Source: Azolla caroliniana (Eukaryota; Plantae; Polypodiophyta). Taken from it: a stretch of 64,000 nt of DNA. Each line of letters opens with the position of its first letter. The stretch's first letter is position 1. Positions 10,770-23,193 of this stretch are shown in pieces. Location: the NCBI GenBank assembly GCA_043228905.1, contig JBHGNT010000012.1, positions 4,588,001-4,652,000 of the forward strand, given 5' to 3'. The notes beneath the pieces are model-generated. The model made no database searches. It was not told the DNA's origin and saw only the letters and a list, made by a program, of their open reading frames with translations. A program made the position numbers and the translations under genes.

Positions 10770-13700
10770 AACAACGTGACCATCAATGAGGAAGAAATGG
10801 TGCAGGTCTATCTAAGAAGGCTAGCGTCTAGATTCAGATCATTCCAAATGGTGGTTTGCACGAGAGAGATATAAGTCGTCCTTCTTCAAGTTGTAGTCAA
10901 TGCTTCTTGTTGAAGAAAATCATGCGTGTGCATCGACAAGCACGCACGCACGGAGGCGGATCAGCCCCATGGTCATGTAGGACGAGGAAGGTCGGCAGGC
11001 AATGGAGGCGGCCGATAGGAGCCGAACTAAAGGCATAATAGAAATGCCAACAACAGTTCCAGACCCTAGACGAGTAAGGGGAGTCAAGGCGGCACTGAAA
11101 ACTGGCAAGGGAAGACCGCGACGAACTACTAGTACTATGGGTGAAAGGGCCACACATAGAGCGAGTGCTGGAAGAACGCGCCCATTTGGACCGAGCCTGA
11201 TCGAGTCAGGGAGACGCAGATAGGCATCAAAGTTTGCACTACATTGAAGGCTCAAGGCAAACTGGAACAGGCCCAACCTTCATGATGAAGCACAAAGCCA
11301 ACTCGATGGCGACGAGCACCTCGAAATCAAAGTAGGTATGATATGTGGATTCTGGCGCATTGAACCATGTCATGATGAACCATGAATAATGGTTCTCTTA
11401 TCTCGAGAAGCCAGAACAGTCGGGGGTCGTCGAAACCAGTGATGACACCCCTCATCCCATATAGCACATAGGAGATGTCCCTCTGAGCCATATCAGCCAG
11501 AGAGGAATAATGAGGAACTTCCTGCACTTCTTGACGATCACCAAGAACCTGGTGTCAGTCAGAGAGATCATCGACCAGGGGATGCAAGTTACGTTCACTC
11601 ACCTAGGGTGCTTCATCGAAGAAGAAGGTCGAATTATTGTGCAAGGGCACCGAGAAGGGAGGATGTTTATCCTCGAGATGAACACTATCAACACCCCTAT
11701 GTTCATCAGAGGGTGGAAGGTCGAATCAGATATCAACCTGTGGCACAAGCAGATCAGCCACGTGAACTTCCCACGGTCTCATGAGATGTAGACAAAGAAC
11801 ATCACTTTCGACTTGCCGAAATTCAATGGTCGGAGGGGCTAAGTCTGCGAAGCCTGTCAGCTTAGGAAGCAACACCGACTTCTATTCCCCAACGAGCAGA
11901 ATCAGAGCCGAAATAAGCTCGATTTGATCCATTCAGATGTGTGGGGATCGGTGTAGAACATGAGCATCGGTGGTAGTCGTTTCTTTGTAAGCTTCATCAA
12001 TGACTACACTTAGCATACTTGGGCATCCCTGATCAAGAAGAAGAGTGAAGTCTTGTCTTGTTTCTTGAAGGTGAAGATCCTTGCCAAACGAGAGACTGGT
12101 CGAAAGATCAAATGCCTCAGGACCAATGGCGGAAAAAAGTACTTTTCCGATCAGTTCTTAAGCTATCTATAGAAGGAGGGAATTCAATACAAATTCTCCT
12201 AGACTTACATGCCAGAGCAGAATGGGGTGGCTGATCAGAAGAATCGAACCATTGAGGAAGCGGCAAGGGCAATGCTTCAGGAGAAGCATATGTCGAAGTT
12301 TTACTGAGACAAAGTGGTCAGGATGGCTGTTTACTTGTAGAATCAGACATCTGCAAATGGAGGAGTGTCTCCACATGAGCTGTACTTTGGGAAGAAGCCG
12401 AATCTAGCACACTTGAGGGTATTCCAAAGCATGGCATACGTGCATGTGTTGAAGGAGAAGCAGAGGAAGCTGGACAACAAAGCCAAGAAATGTATCTTGG
12501 TTGGCTACTTGGATGAACAAAAGGGTTATAAATGCTATATAACCCTCGAACGAAACAATTTCGAGTTAGTCGAGATGTTGTATTTGATGAGTCAGCTTTT
12601 GTGGTACTTGCCTCCATCTCTGACCCCCATTAACTCCATTCCAAATTCTGAGGATGAGGCAAGTGATGCAGAGATGCCCTGGGATGAAGAAGAAATTTGG
12701 AACTCTAGAGGAGAGTCTGATCTCATTTCGGCTAAGTGGACCAAATGAGGAGCTAAGCTGGAATGGCTAGCCGAATGAAGAATCAGCGAGTAGTGGAGAC
12801 TCGGTTGTGCAATCCCTGCACCAAAAGTCAAGGAGACGACTTTCGTGCAATGAGAAGGGGAAAATGAAGATGTCGGAATACGGTGTCGTGTAACTACGCG
12901 TACGTGTAAGGAACGAAGGTAGGACCGTAGGGGTCCTGGACCAAGGTGTGTGTGATAAGGGGAAAGGTGAAACAACGAGTGCGTGTCGAGCAAGCGTTGT
13001 ATGCCAGCAAGCACAGAACTCGACCGCAAGCGTTGGATGCCGGCTAGCATAGAGCTTGACCGGCTCAATCGAGATTAGATCGATGCTAGAGACAATTAGA
13101 AAAGGAAGAAACCCTCAATCAATTAAGAACGGATTACAACCGGCTCGCCGGTAACCAAGCCACTACTCAATTGACAACACACACACACACACACCAAATA
13201 CGAGATACAACGTGGAGCCTCTGTCGGGAGCACCCGGGCTTCCCACATGAATAGGGGCGTCCGACAAAAGAACTCCTGCAGAGAACACCGATACAAAACG
13301 AGCGCTCGGTCCCCAGCCCGACAACACTCCGTTCTCCCCAAAAACGCGATATAATCTGAGCCCTCTCTACCAACTTTTATAGGTCCCCAAGGGAGGATTC
13401 ATCACATCCTGTAATTACCTCATCTTTATTCTCTATCACTTCGGACAAAGATTCGTTTTGATTTGTTAATGTATTTAATGTGTCTATATCAAAGTTTGTC
13501 CACATCACGCCGACCTATTCTTAGACTATGTGCAAATAATTTACAACCGTGTGCATCCGTGTATGTTGTGGTTCATGCGCTCCGGTCTTCTTTTCTGCTC
13601 GTAGCTAGTTTCCCTTACGACAACGACACAAAGGCCGACGCATCGGACCAGAGTGAATCCAATGCGGCCAGGAGCGAAGATGGACATCCGGAAATGAGGT

Positions 13701-14040
13701 CGTAGTCGGCCAAGAGGGCCATGAAATCGGTGAATCAGAGGTTGCACCGATCCACCTGCCAAAATAACCTCGTAATACAATATGGGTACAATGAATATAT
13801 GGTGCACCACTATGCGTATATGGCGAAGGTGGCAGAAGTGCCAAAGCCGGCGAGCTACATAGAGACGACGAAGGACGCAAAGTTGGCAAGCCGCTATGGA
13901 GGAAGAGATGCGCGCATTGGCGGAGAATGAGGTATGAGACTTGGTTGATGCCCCCAAGGGAGTGAAGCCGATCGGATGCCGGTGGGTGTACAAAGTGAAA
14001 TACAATGTTGATGTCTACGTCAGCCGGTACAAGGCCCGAT
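10770..14040 (+). mobile_element. Degenerate Ty1/copia internal region (family A: gag end, protease, integrase, start of RT)
   Basis: WYVDSG-like protease, LWHKQISHVN, IHSDVWG, KKCILVGY, KPIGCRWVYKVKY, with many stops. Homologous to 17124-21152 and interrupted by a solo LTR. Confidence 0.9.
12884..13622 (-). mobile_element. Solo LTR of the gypsy tRNA-Trp family
   Basis: TGTCGTG...TACGACA termini; flanks ACGG/ACGA (4-bp TSD, 1 mismatch). The copia frame resumes after it. Confidence 0.85.
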
Positions 14041-14661
14041 TGTGTTTTAAAAACCATGGGGTTGACACATGAATGTCTTTCCTTGATCTCTATATCGATT
14101 TTTTCATGGCGGCTCCTCGAGGCTCAACCATGTATGTGTCATGAATAGTTTATACACGAAAAAAATGTTAACACTAAACTATGTTTCTGTGCCCACGTAT
14201 TTGGTTTCGGCTCTATGAGGACCTCGAAGTGCACTTAGACCTAAAGTCTAGACATGTATTATAGTCATATGTATCAACAATGTTGTATGGTCTTGGTCAT
14301 ATTTGAACTCAAGACCTCGAGAACAAATGCATTAAACACTTGAGCTAACCAAATAGGTTGCTCGTGTTGAATGTTTAACATTTTATGTGTATAAGAAATA
14401 TGTGAGGCATTTGCCGATATATGTTTTTTTAAAAGAAACATATATGTCTAGAGTCCTTATTTCCCTCTTGTTTACCACAAACTATGTTGGTACGTTACCT
14501 AACCTCAAGTCTCATGATTACGATGGCATACGCCAAAGTGCAACCTAATGGTCAAGCCAAATGAGCCCTCTTTTCGTAGTAGGCCCACGTGGCCCATCAC
14601 ATGGTTACGTCATTACGAATGTCTTTCGTAAGAATGATCTCATGGTGGCATCGTATCCATA

Positions 14662-15739
14662 TGTTGAGAATCAAGCTCAACTTGGTCTAGTGTGTGAACT
14701 CACCTTGAGAGTGAATAAACACTCCAACGGTGTCGCGTTGTTACGCGCGTGCGTGGAGAACAAGGCGGGACCACTGGGGTCTTGGACCGAGGAATAGGTG
14801 AGGAAAGAGAGAGAGAGAGAGAGACGCTCACTCACGTATAGACAAAGAAGCGCACGAGGACGCGGCACAACAACACAGGAGACACGAGTTGAGAACACTA
14901 GAGTATGTATGTAAATATAGGCATGTATTTGTATGTATGCAGACGACTCAAACGGTTACAGCCGATCAGGTCGGCGAGGTGGATGCCAACGCCTGATCAC
15001 CCACGCACACAGGAGAGCAAGATGGAGATTCTGCCGGAAGCACACGGGCGTTCCACGGAGCAGAATCAGCCTCCTGAGAACCTGTGCAAAAGAAAGCTAT
15101 GGAGAACGACAGAGAAGAAGAGCTCGGTCCCAGTCCGACAGCACTTCGTTCCTTCTAGCGCGCGCTATCTTCTCTCCCCCGTCTCCCTCTCTTTTATAGC
15201 TCAAGGAGGGAGGTCGTTTCACCCGTTTACATCACATTAATTCTCTGTCCTTTCAGACAGAGATACTCCTCGATTTCCCCTATAGAATATTGCTACCTAG
15301 GATTTATCCTTTGTGCCTACCTATCTACTATACGACAAGGGATGTGCCCACGTGTAAGGGCCGGTTCACACACACTATACACGGTTTGCGCCTGGGGACG
15401 GTTTTCTTCACGACAACGGTCAAGAGTCACCATTAAGTCACCTCTTTGTATTCTAGCATTTAGTATGAGTCATAGAATCATATTCTATGACACATAACTT
15501 ATGAGCTTTCACATTCCCCATGCTCCATGAGTCTCGTAGTTAATGAAGAGAGAGGGTGACTACATAAAGCACCCTCCTCCCACCTTGTATAATGTTTTTA
15601 AGTCTTTCTCCTTTGTTAATATACTCAACCTTGCGTATACTTTGTGTGTGTCTCTCTCTCTATCTCATACACACACACACACACACACACAGTTCACACC
15701 TATTCCGCTTCACAAGAATCCATCTCTTGATTCTTTACA
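14662..15739 (+). mobile_element. Solo copia LTR (family C)
   Basis: TGTTGAGAATCAAGC...CTTTACA with 5-bp TSD CCATA. Homologous to the LTR at 55173-60925. Confidence 0.9.
14731..15415 (-). mobile_element. Solo LTR of the gypsy tRNA-Trp family nested in the copia solo LTR
   Basis: TGTCGCG...CACGACA with perfect 4-bp TSD ACGG. The empty site CACTCCAACGGTCAAGAG is visible at ~55232. Confidence 0.92.
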
Positions 15740-16119
15740 CCATATAATGAGGGAGGGATGTTGGATATGTGTGTCCTAGGAGCGACCTCACATGAAGTGG
15801 GTCAACCCCTACATTATCAACATCATTGTGGCTATAAGCATTTCATTACATAACGAAATCGAAGTGACCAACGGGGATGTCAAAAGAAAAATTGTTGAAA
15901 AAAGGATGGTGACTACGCCATTCTCACAAAAATGTGAGGACGGCCACCAAGATCCTTTCCCCGAATATACACATACAATATAGAAATCACATAATAACTA
16001 ATATACACATGTGTATATTTATCACATATATATGATCAAATACGTATACATGTGACCGCATACGCATATAAAAAAAAATCATAATATCAAATAGCCAACA
16101 ATGATGTAATCAAGATACG

Positions 16120-17123
16120 TAATCAAGGCATATAGCCTCTACGCACACAAAACATCCAAAAATAAGGGTTAATCATAATACGAAATTGAGGTATTGACCT
16201 CTTACGCATACGACACTAAACACATATCATTTACATAGAAATCGAGGTATTGACCTCATACGCATATGTAACATTTGCATGTGAACGTAATATGCAATTG
16301 AGGTATTAACCTCGTATGCATACGACATGAATCACATATCAAATATATATCAAATGAGGTATAGATCTCATACACATATGAATATGTTTCATACAATCAA
16401 TCCATTACCACTACAACATCATTGAATCAATAAAGAAAAAACATATTGACTATACATGATTAGATTGGGAGAAGAAAGAATAGAAAAAAAACAAGAAAGA
16501 GTTACCGAAGTTCGTTTGTCGATAGCTATCTGGATCAAGGTCGACCGCACGTCGATTGATCACCATCCATCAAGAAGACAAAAACCAACAAAAGAAACAT
16601 TAGAAACAATAGCTCTGATACCAACTATTAGAGTGATGTTCTAATGTAAGCATATGATAAGGAAAAAATATATATGAAATAAGAAAGGAGGGAGAGAAAG
16701 AAGGGTGTTGATCCACTCGACCACCCCCGAGTGAAGGGATCGAGATGGACTCGAGCCTCGATCAGCGTCCCATACCACCGTTGTGGCATCGAGTTGTACC
16801 TGGTGTTGGCATGCTCGCTACGAGAGTTGACCCACCACAAGAACAGAGTCTCGACGTCTAGTCAAGAGATGATGAAATGAGGGTAGCTAGGCCTCATATT
16901 TATAGTGATACCCAAGGCCCCCAGGCAAGTTCACACTTGGCCTAATGGGTTGTCTCAATCCCGAGGATTAAAAGTAATCCTCCCCTTCTTTACACTCTTG
17001 TTTAACCCTCACACTTATCCACGTGTATAGAATACTACGTGTATAGAATACTACGGTCGTGCTAATTGTCTCCGAAGGTTTTGAAACCAAATAATGAATT
17101 GTGGAATAGTCTGATGGGCTTCT
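16120..17123 (-). mobile_element. 5' end of an old minus-strand LTR element (partial LTR, tRNA-iMet PBS, repeat-containing leader)
   Basis: GCTCTGATACCA (reverse complement of TGGTATCAGAGC) at 16612-16623 abutting an LTR-like end. ~57-bp tandem units with GAGGT-N4-ACCTC at 16183-16380. Confidence 0.6.
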
Positions 17124-20100
17124 TGTTGAGAGACAAGCTCAACATTCGGTGCGAAGTACGTAGCGTAACCCAGTGCGTAGACTGGGTGCGTGAAAAAGTA
17201 CGCACAATAGGGCCGCATCGGTGTGAAAACCGAAGAGGCTGTTAGAGCGTTATTCCTCGTAAGGGAATAATTTTGGGAGTTTTTGTAGTCGGCTCATTTA
17301 TGAGCATTCAAGTACTATCAGTACTTGTGTTAGCCCGATTGTCAGGGCTTGTATATAAGGTGCTCACTGAGCATGAAGTATGTATAGAACAGAGTCATTA
17401 TTTTTGAATATGATCTTTCTGTTGTTTGCTCTCCATCTCCATCTCCATCTCTGCGTTTTCTGTGTTTTACCGAATTGTCTTATTCCTCCGAACTGTGTAC
17501 TCTGTGTTTACACACACGCTTCTGCACAACTTATTACTTTACATGGTATCAAAGCGTGAGGGTTGAAGTCCTCTGCAGCTGACAAGAAAAGTTAATGACG
17601 AAATAGAGTTGAAGTTGTTCGTGTTCGGAGAAGAAAAAGATAGTACTATGGACAGAGGAATGGGAAGCTCACTTCCGTTTGAAAAGCTTGACAGAAGCAA
17701 CTACGCATCTTGGTCTTACAAGATGCACCAGTACCTGCTCGGCCATGGCTACTGGAGTTATGTCAAAGGGGCAAACGATGTGGCACCCGACTCGACACAC
17801 CGGGACTATCCGGCTTGGGAATAGGCGGCAAGCAGAGTGTTGTACTGCTTCGCGTCCTGTGTGAGCGATCAGCTTTTGAGCTATATTCAGGATGCCAAGA
17901 CGTCGAAGGACGCATGGGCGAATCTCAAAAGGATTTTTGCCACCAGCACAACGGCTAGAACGCTGCAGCTTAGACAGGAGCTCAACAATGTACGACAAAG
18001 AGATATGTCGGTGGCTGATTACACCACCAAGATCAAAGAAATCTGCGACTCTCTCACCTCTGTCAACGTGAACGTCGAGGAAGATGAAATGGTACAGGTT
18101 TTTCTTGGTGGTTTGGCGTCAAAGTTCGGACTTTTCCGAACGACAGTTTGCACGAGGGAGATTACGCCTTCATTTTTCGAGCTTCAGTCAATGTTGCTCG
18201 TAGAAGAAAACCACGCGGGTGCGTTGACGAGTGTGCACGCCGATGGCAAGATGCTTTACATGGAGGATGATAGGCCCCGTGGTTGTGGTGGACGAGGCGG
18301 ATTGGCACGCAATGGAGGCGGCCGAAAAGAGCAGAATGTATGACATAATCGAGATGCCGGAAGCAATTCCGATCCCTTCGCAAGCAGGGGGAGTCATGGC
18401 GGCGCCGGAAGACGACAAAAGAAGACAACGCTAGATTGCTGGTACTGTGGCAAGAAAGGCCACAAGGAGAGCGAGTGCTGGAAGAAACAAGCTAACTTGG
18501 ACAAAGTTGGACCAAGCGGAAGAGACGCAGGAAGGTGTCAAAGATCGCACTACGTTGAGGGCTCCGAACGAGCCGGAAATGGAATGGTTCTTGTACTTGG
18601 AGAAACCGGAATCACAAGGAGTGGTCGAAACAGGGGACGACACTCCGCATACCATCGAACATGTCGGCGAAGTTCCTCTCAACCATGTCGGGCAGAAAGG
18701 GAAACTCATGAACGTGTTGCACATTTCGACAATAATGAAGAACCTTGTGTCGGTCAGTCAGATCGTCGACCAGGGAATGTAGGTTCGATTCATGCATCTC
18801 AGTTGCTTCATAGAAGAGCAAGGCAAAGTAATCGGGCAAGGGCGTCGTGAAGGGAGGATGTTTATCCTCGACACTAATCAAGCTGGAATTGCGTTGTACA
18901 CGAAAGGACAAAAGGTCGAATCGGATATCGACCTGTGGCACAAGCGGTTTGGCCACGTAAATTTCCCATGGCTTCGTGAAATGCAGACGAAGAACATTGT
19001 TTTCGGGTTGCCGAAATTTCGTGGCCGGAATGGCCAAGTCTGTGAAGCCTGTTAGATGGGAAAACAACACCGACTTCCATTCCCTAATGAGCATAATCGT
19101 AGTCCAAGTCCGTTGGATTTGATCCATTCGGATGTGTGGGGTCCGACACAGAACGTGAGTCTCGGTGGAAGCTGTTACTTTGTAACCTTCATCGACAACT
19201 TCACTCGACACATGTGGGCATGCATGATTGAGAAGAAGAGCGAAGTCTTCACATGTTTCATGAAGGTGAAGAGCCTTGCGGAAAGGGAAACGGGGCATAA
19301 GATCAAATGCCTACGGTCTGATGGCGGGAAGGAGTACTTCTCCGACTAGTTCACAAGTTATCTACAGAAGGAGGGAATTCGGCGCAAATTCTCATGTAGA
19401 TACACACCGTAGTAGAACGGTGCGGCCGTGCGGAAGAATCGGACGATTGAAGAAGCGGCCAGGGCAATGCTTGAAGAGAAGCATATGCCGAAATTCTATT
19501 GGGCTGAAGCCGTGAAGACAGTTGTCTACATGCAGAATCAGACTTTTGCTAATGGAGGAGTGTTGGCACATGAGCTGTATTTCGGGAAGAAGCCGAACTT
19601 GGCACACTTGAGGATCTTCGGTAGCATTGCATATGTGCATGTGCCGAAGGAAAAGAGGAGGAAGCTGGACGCCAAAGCCGAAAAGTGCATCTTAGTCGGC
19701 TATCCAGACGAATAGAAGGGGTATAAATGTTATAACCCCCGAACAAAGGAAGTACGCGTAAGTCGAGAGGTCGTGTTCGACAAGTCCGCTTCGTGGTACT
19801 TGCCTTCACCTCCAACTCCTCATGACTCCATTCCAAATTCTGAGGACGATGTTCGCGAGGCCGAAATGCCTCAGCACGATGAAGAAATTGGAGCTCTGAG
19901 AGAGAGTCCGATCTCATTTTGGCTAAGCGGGCCGAATGAGGGGTTGGGCCGAGATGACCAACCAGATGATGAGACGGTGAGTAATGGAGACTCGGCTGTG
20001 ATGTCCCCGTGTAAAGAACCGTGGAGACGGTTTATGTGCAAGGAGAAGGGGAAGAAGAAGACGTTGGAATACGATTTCGGTAGTGCTGAGTCAGTTCGAA

Positions 20101-21152
20101 GCGAATCTGACCTTGAGCCAATCGAGAAGGAACCTCCACGGAAGAGGTCAAAATTGACCGAAAAGGTCACGAAATCGGGTAATCACGAATTACGCCGATC
20201 TACCCGCCAGAAGAACCCCGTAAAGAGGTACATGTATAATGAGTACATGGTGCACTATTACGCGTACATGACGCGAGTGGCGGAAGTGCGTGAGCCGGAG
20301 AGCTACGCAGAAGCGGCGAAAGACGCAAACTGGCGTGCCGCAATGGAGGAAGAGATGCACGCATTGGCGGAAAATGAAACCTGTGACCTGGTTGACGCAC
20401 TGAAAGGTGTGAAGCTGATCGGATGTAACTGGGTGTACAAGGTTAAGTACAACACCGATGACTCGATCAACTGATACAAGGCCCGTTTAGTAGTGAAAGG
20501 CTACGCGCAGAAGCACAACGTGGACTATGACGAGACCTTCGCGCCTATCGCGAAGATGACGACCGTCCATGTTTTGCTCGCGGCTGTTGCGGCGAAGGGG
20601 TGGCATTTACATCAGATGGATGTAAAGAACGCGTTCCTGCAAGGTGATCTTGAGGAGCAGGTGTTGGTATAGACCCCCGAATTTCTATCCGAACAAAACA
20701 CCTCAGTAGTTTGCCAATTGAAGAAATCCTTATATGGACTAAAGCAAGCCCTGCAAGCTTGGAATGCAAAGATTACGCAACAGTTGCATAGGATGGGGTT
20801 TGCGCCGTCGAAATCAGACTCTTCTCTATTTGTTCGGCAAGGTCAATATGGACCGGTCAACCTGCTATTGTATGTTGATGATTTAGTCATCGCGGGTGCC
20901 GATCTAGAAGAAATCCGCCGTGTAAAGTCTCAACTTGTGGCATCATTCGAAATGAAGGATCTCGGAGACTTTCATTACTTCCTCGGCATCGAAGTGATCT
21001 GCAACCCCGAAGGCATATTCATTAGTCAACGTCATTACCCATTGAATATGCTCTTCAAGTTCGGGATGGAAAATTGTAAGTCCATCTTGACCCCTCTGGA
21101 CAGAAACGTAAAGCTTCGCTGAGATTCGGGAAAGGCGTGCGATCCGACAAGG
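17124..21152 (+). mobile_element. Truncated, stop-riddled Ty1/copia element (family A)
   Basis: 5' LTR 17124-17543 (TGTTG...TTACA) and PBS TGGTATCAAAGC at 17544. Gag (EKLDRSNYASW), zinc knuckle CWYCGKKGHKESEC, integrase (IHSDVWGP), RT (LLLYVDDLVI). Cut off at 21153 by a gypsy LTR end. Confidence 0.93.
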
Positions 21153-23193
21153 TGTCGTGGAGAAAACCGTACCTAGGCGGAATCAGAGAATGATGTGCGT
21201 GAACCGACCCTTACACGCTGGCACAAGTTTTGTTGTAATGTACGTGGAGTGTGCAAAGGCGAAGCTACATGCGGTGAGGGAGAGGAACAAAAGCTGGTTC
21301 GATTGGACGCACCGGCTGCGGCCAAAGAAGGTCGAGGAAGGCGATTGGGTGTTGGTGTATGACAACAGCCTTGAAACCAACACAAGGTAAACTGCAAATT
21401 CACGAGGAGGTGGTTCGGGCCCTACGCCGTAACGAGCTCGAACGACAACGGGACGTATCATCTTGTAGAGCTCGACAGGACGCGACAACGGGACGTATCA
21501 TCTTCCGACAAGAAACAAAGGGAGATTCGGGAACCGACCCAGCCGGAAGACGAGAGGAGAGAAAGGAAGACGGTTCTATGGGATCCTCACACCGATCCGG
21601 AGACACCGGCAGTTCAAGCCGACCTGGCAACGTGAGACCAAGTGAGAAGGATGGTGGCGGCAGGAAACGGGAACCGGCGATGCGGGAAGAGCGGACTGGG
21701 AGCCAGCAAACCGGGAGTCGGCGAGGCCGGAGTTGACAAAGGCCAAAACCTTATTGGCCAATTACAATTTCGAAGGAAAGCCGATGAGGGGTAAGGAGGT
21801 GTTAGGATCTCGGTCCCTCCGGATGGGATACGAAGGCCCAACATCGGAAGACCCGGTGAGAACTGGATGACGAGTACCTAGCAACGGAAGACTCGGTGAG
21901 AACCGGATGTGGAGTACCCGACAACCGAATGATGCAGACCCGGTGAGCACCGGATGACGAGTACCCGGGAAGGAAGATCCGGTGAGAACCGGATGCTGCA
22001 GGCTCCGAACCGGTGGTAGCAGAGCAAGACGAAAGTGTCTAAGCGGGCTACTACGGGGTGCTCCTCGGACAGAGGAAACTGCGTATCTGAAGGAACGAGA
22101 AGCGTGCATACGGTCGAAAGAAGGGCCAACGGGGAAGCACGTGCACTACAGGATTGTAGTGAATGACCTATTGACGGGTCGAACGAGCCTACGGAGAAGG
22201 AATCGGAGCAGACGGTTCGGACCGGCAAGGCCAACACGGCAATTGGAATGCGGGTTACGGAAGACTAGTTCCTCACCTGCCGGAATCTCTCACCCTTCTC
22301 CAGATTTGGCACGTACCGATGGACGTGCAATTTGGTCGGGGTGGATGTCATTAAGATTCGGGGCTACAATGAGAAACCAAGAGATATTGGAGGAATCGGC
22401 TGAGTGCATCACGTGCACTTACCCTTGTATAAACATGTGAATAATAGGGATGCCTTTATGGCGCCGAGTAGGAGTTAAGTCGGGACAGAGAATCCCATGT
22501 AAATCGGGATTTATCCCACATTGTAACGCATCCCTCTCCTTGTTCTATAAAAGGAAGGGAGGGTCCCTTGTAGAGGGGTTGCCCATTTTGAGTTAGGAGG
22601 GTATACCATTAGGTCCAAGGTATGATAATTCTTCTTCTTCTTCTTCTTCTTCTTCTTCTACTTCTTCTTCGTCATCGTGTGGGTTGAGAGTTCGTGTCTG
22701 TTCAGGGTTTAGTCCGGTTAGGAGCGCGTATGTCTAAAGGAGTTTAGGCTTCTACCATGTCTCCTATGCAAGACCCCGCTCGGCGCCACGAGCCCGAGAG
22801 CTCCCCGATCGGCAGCTTGGCAGCGGACTGCTTTTGGAACCTAACCTACCTTTGTCCGGCTCGAGCCAAAGTTGTATCTTGCTATTGTATTTATATATAT
22901 ATAAGGTTGTGCATATTTATGTCTTTGTTGGTGTCGGGTGCGTTTCTTTCCCTTTGTTCCCTGTACATAAGAGGTGTGCGTGTGTTGAGCCGGTGTTGCA
23001 CGCATGGTCTCTCTCACTCTCTCCCTCTCTCGTGTTCGGTAGCCTCTAATACGCTTTCGGAATCACTTCAGTTTGCGCCACAATTGGTGCAGCTGGGACC
23101 GGAGAGAGTCGGCTTCTCAACATCCATCTCATCCTCGTCCGAGATCTCCGTGGTCTTGCCCCTTTCGGCACGTACTCGTGGATTACCGCGACA
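21153..23193 (+). mobile_element. Rearranged gypsy remnants: LTR start, integrase tail, non-autonomous internal repeats, copia-B LTR piece (~21800-21990), PPT and 3' LTR (22346-23193)
   Basis: TGTCGTGGAGAAAACCG at 21153; HRLRPKKVEEGDWVLVYD; segments homologous to 33000-34130 and 41900-42270; LTR ends CCGCGACA. Confidence 0.8.

Noticed and set aside
16183-16380. CRISPR-like palindromic repeat-spacer pattern (also 32985-34130)
   Set aside because: Eukaryotic retroelement context, degenerate repeats, spacers related to each other and no cas genes. Kept only as repeat arrays.
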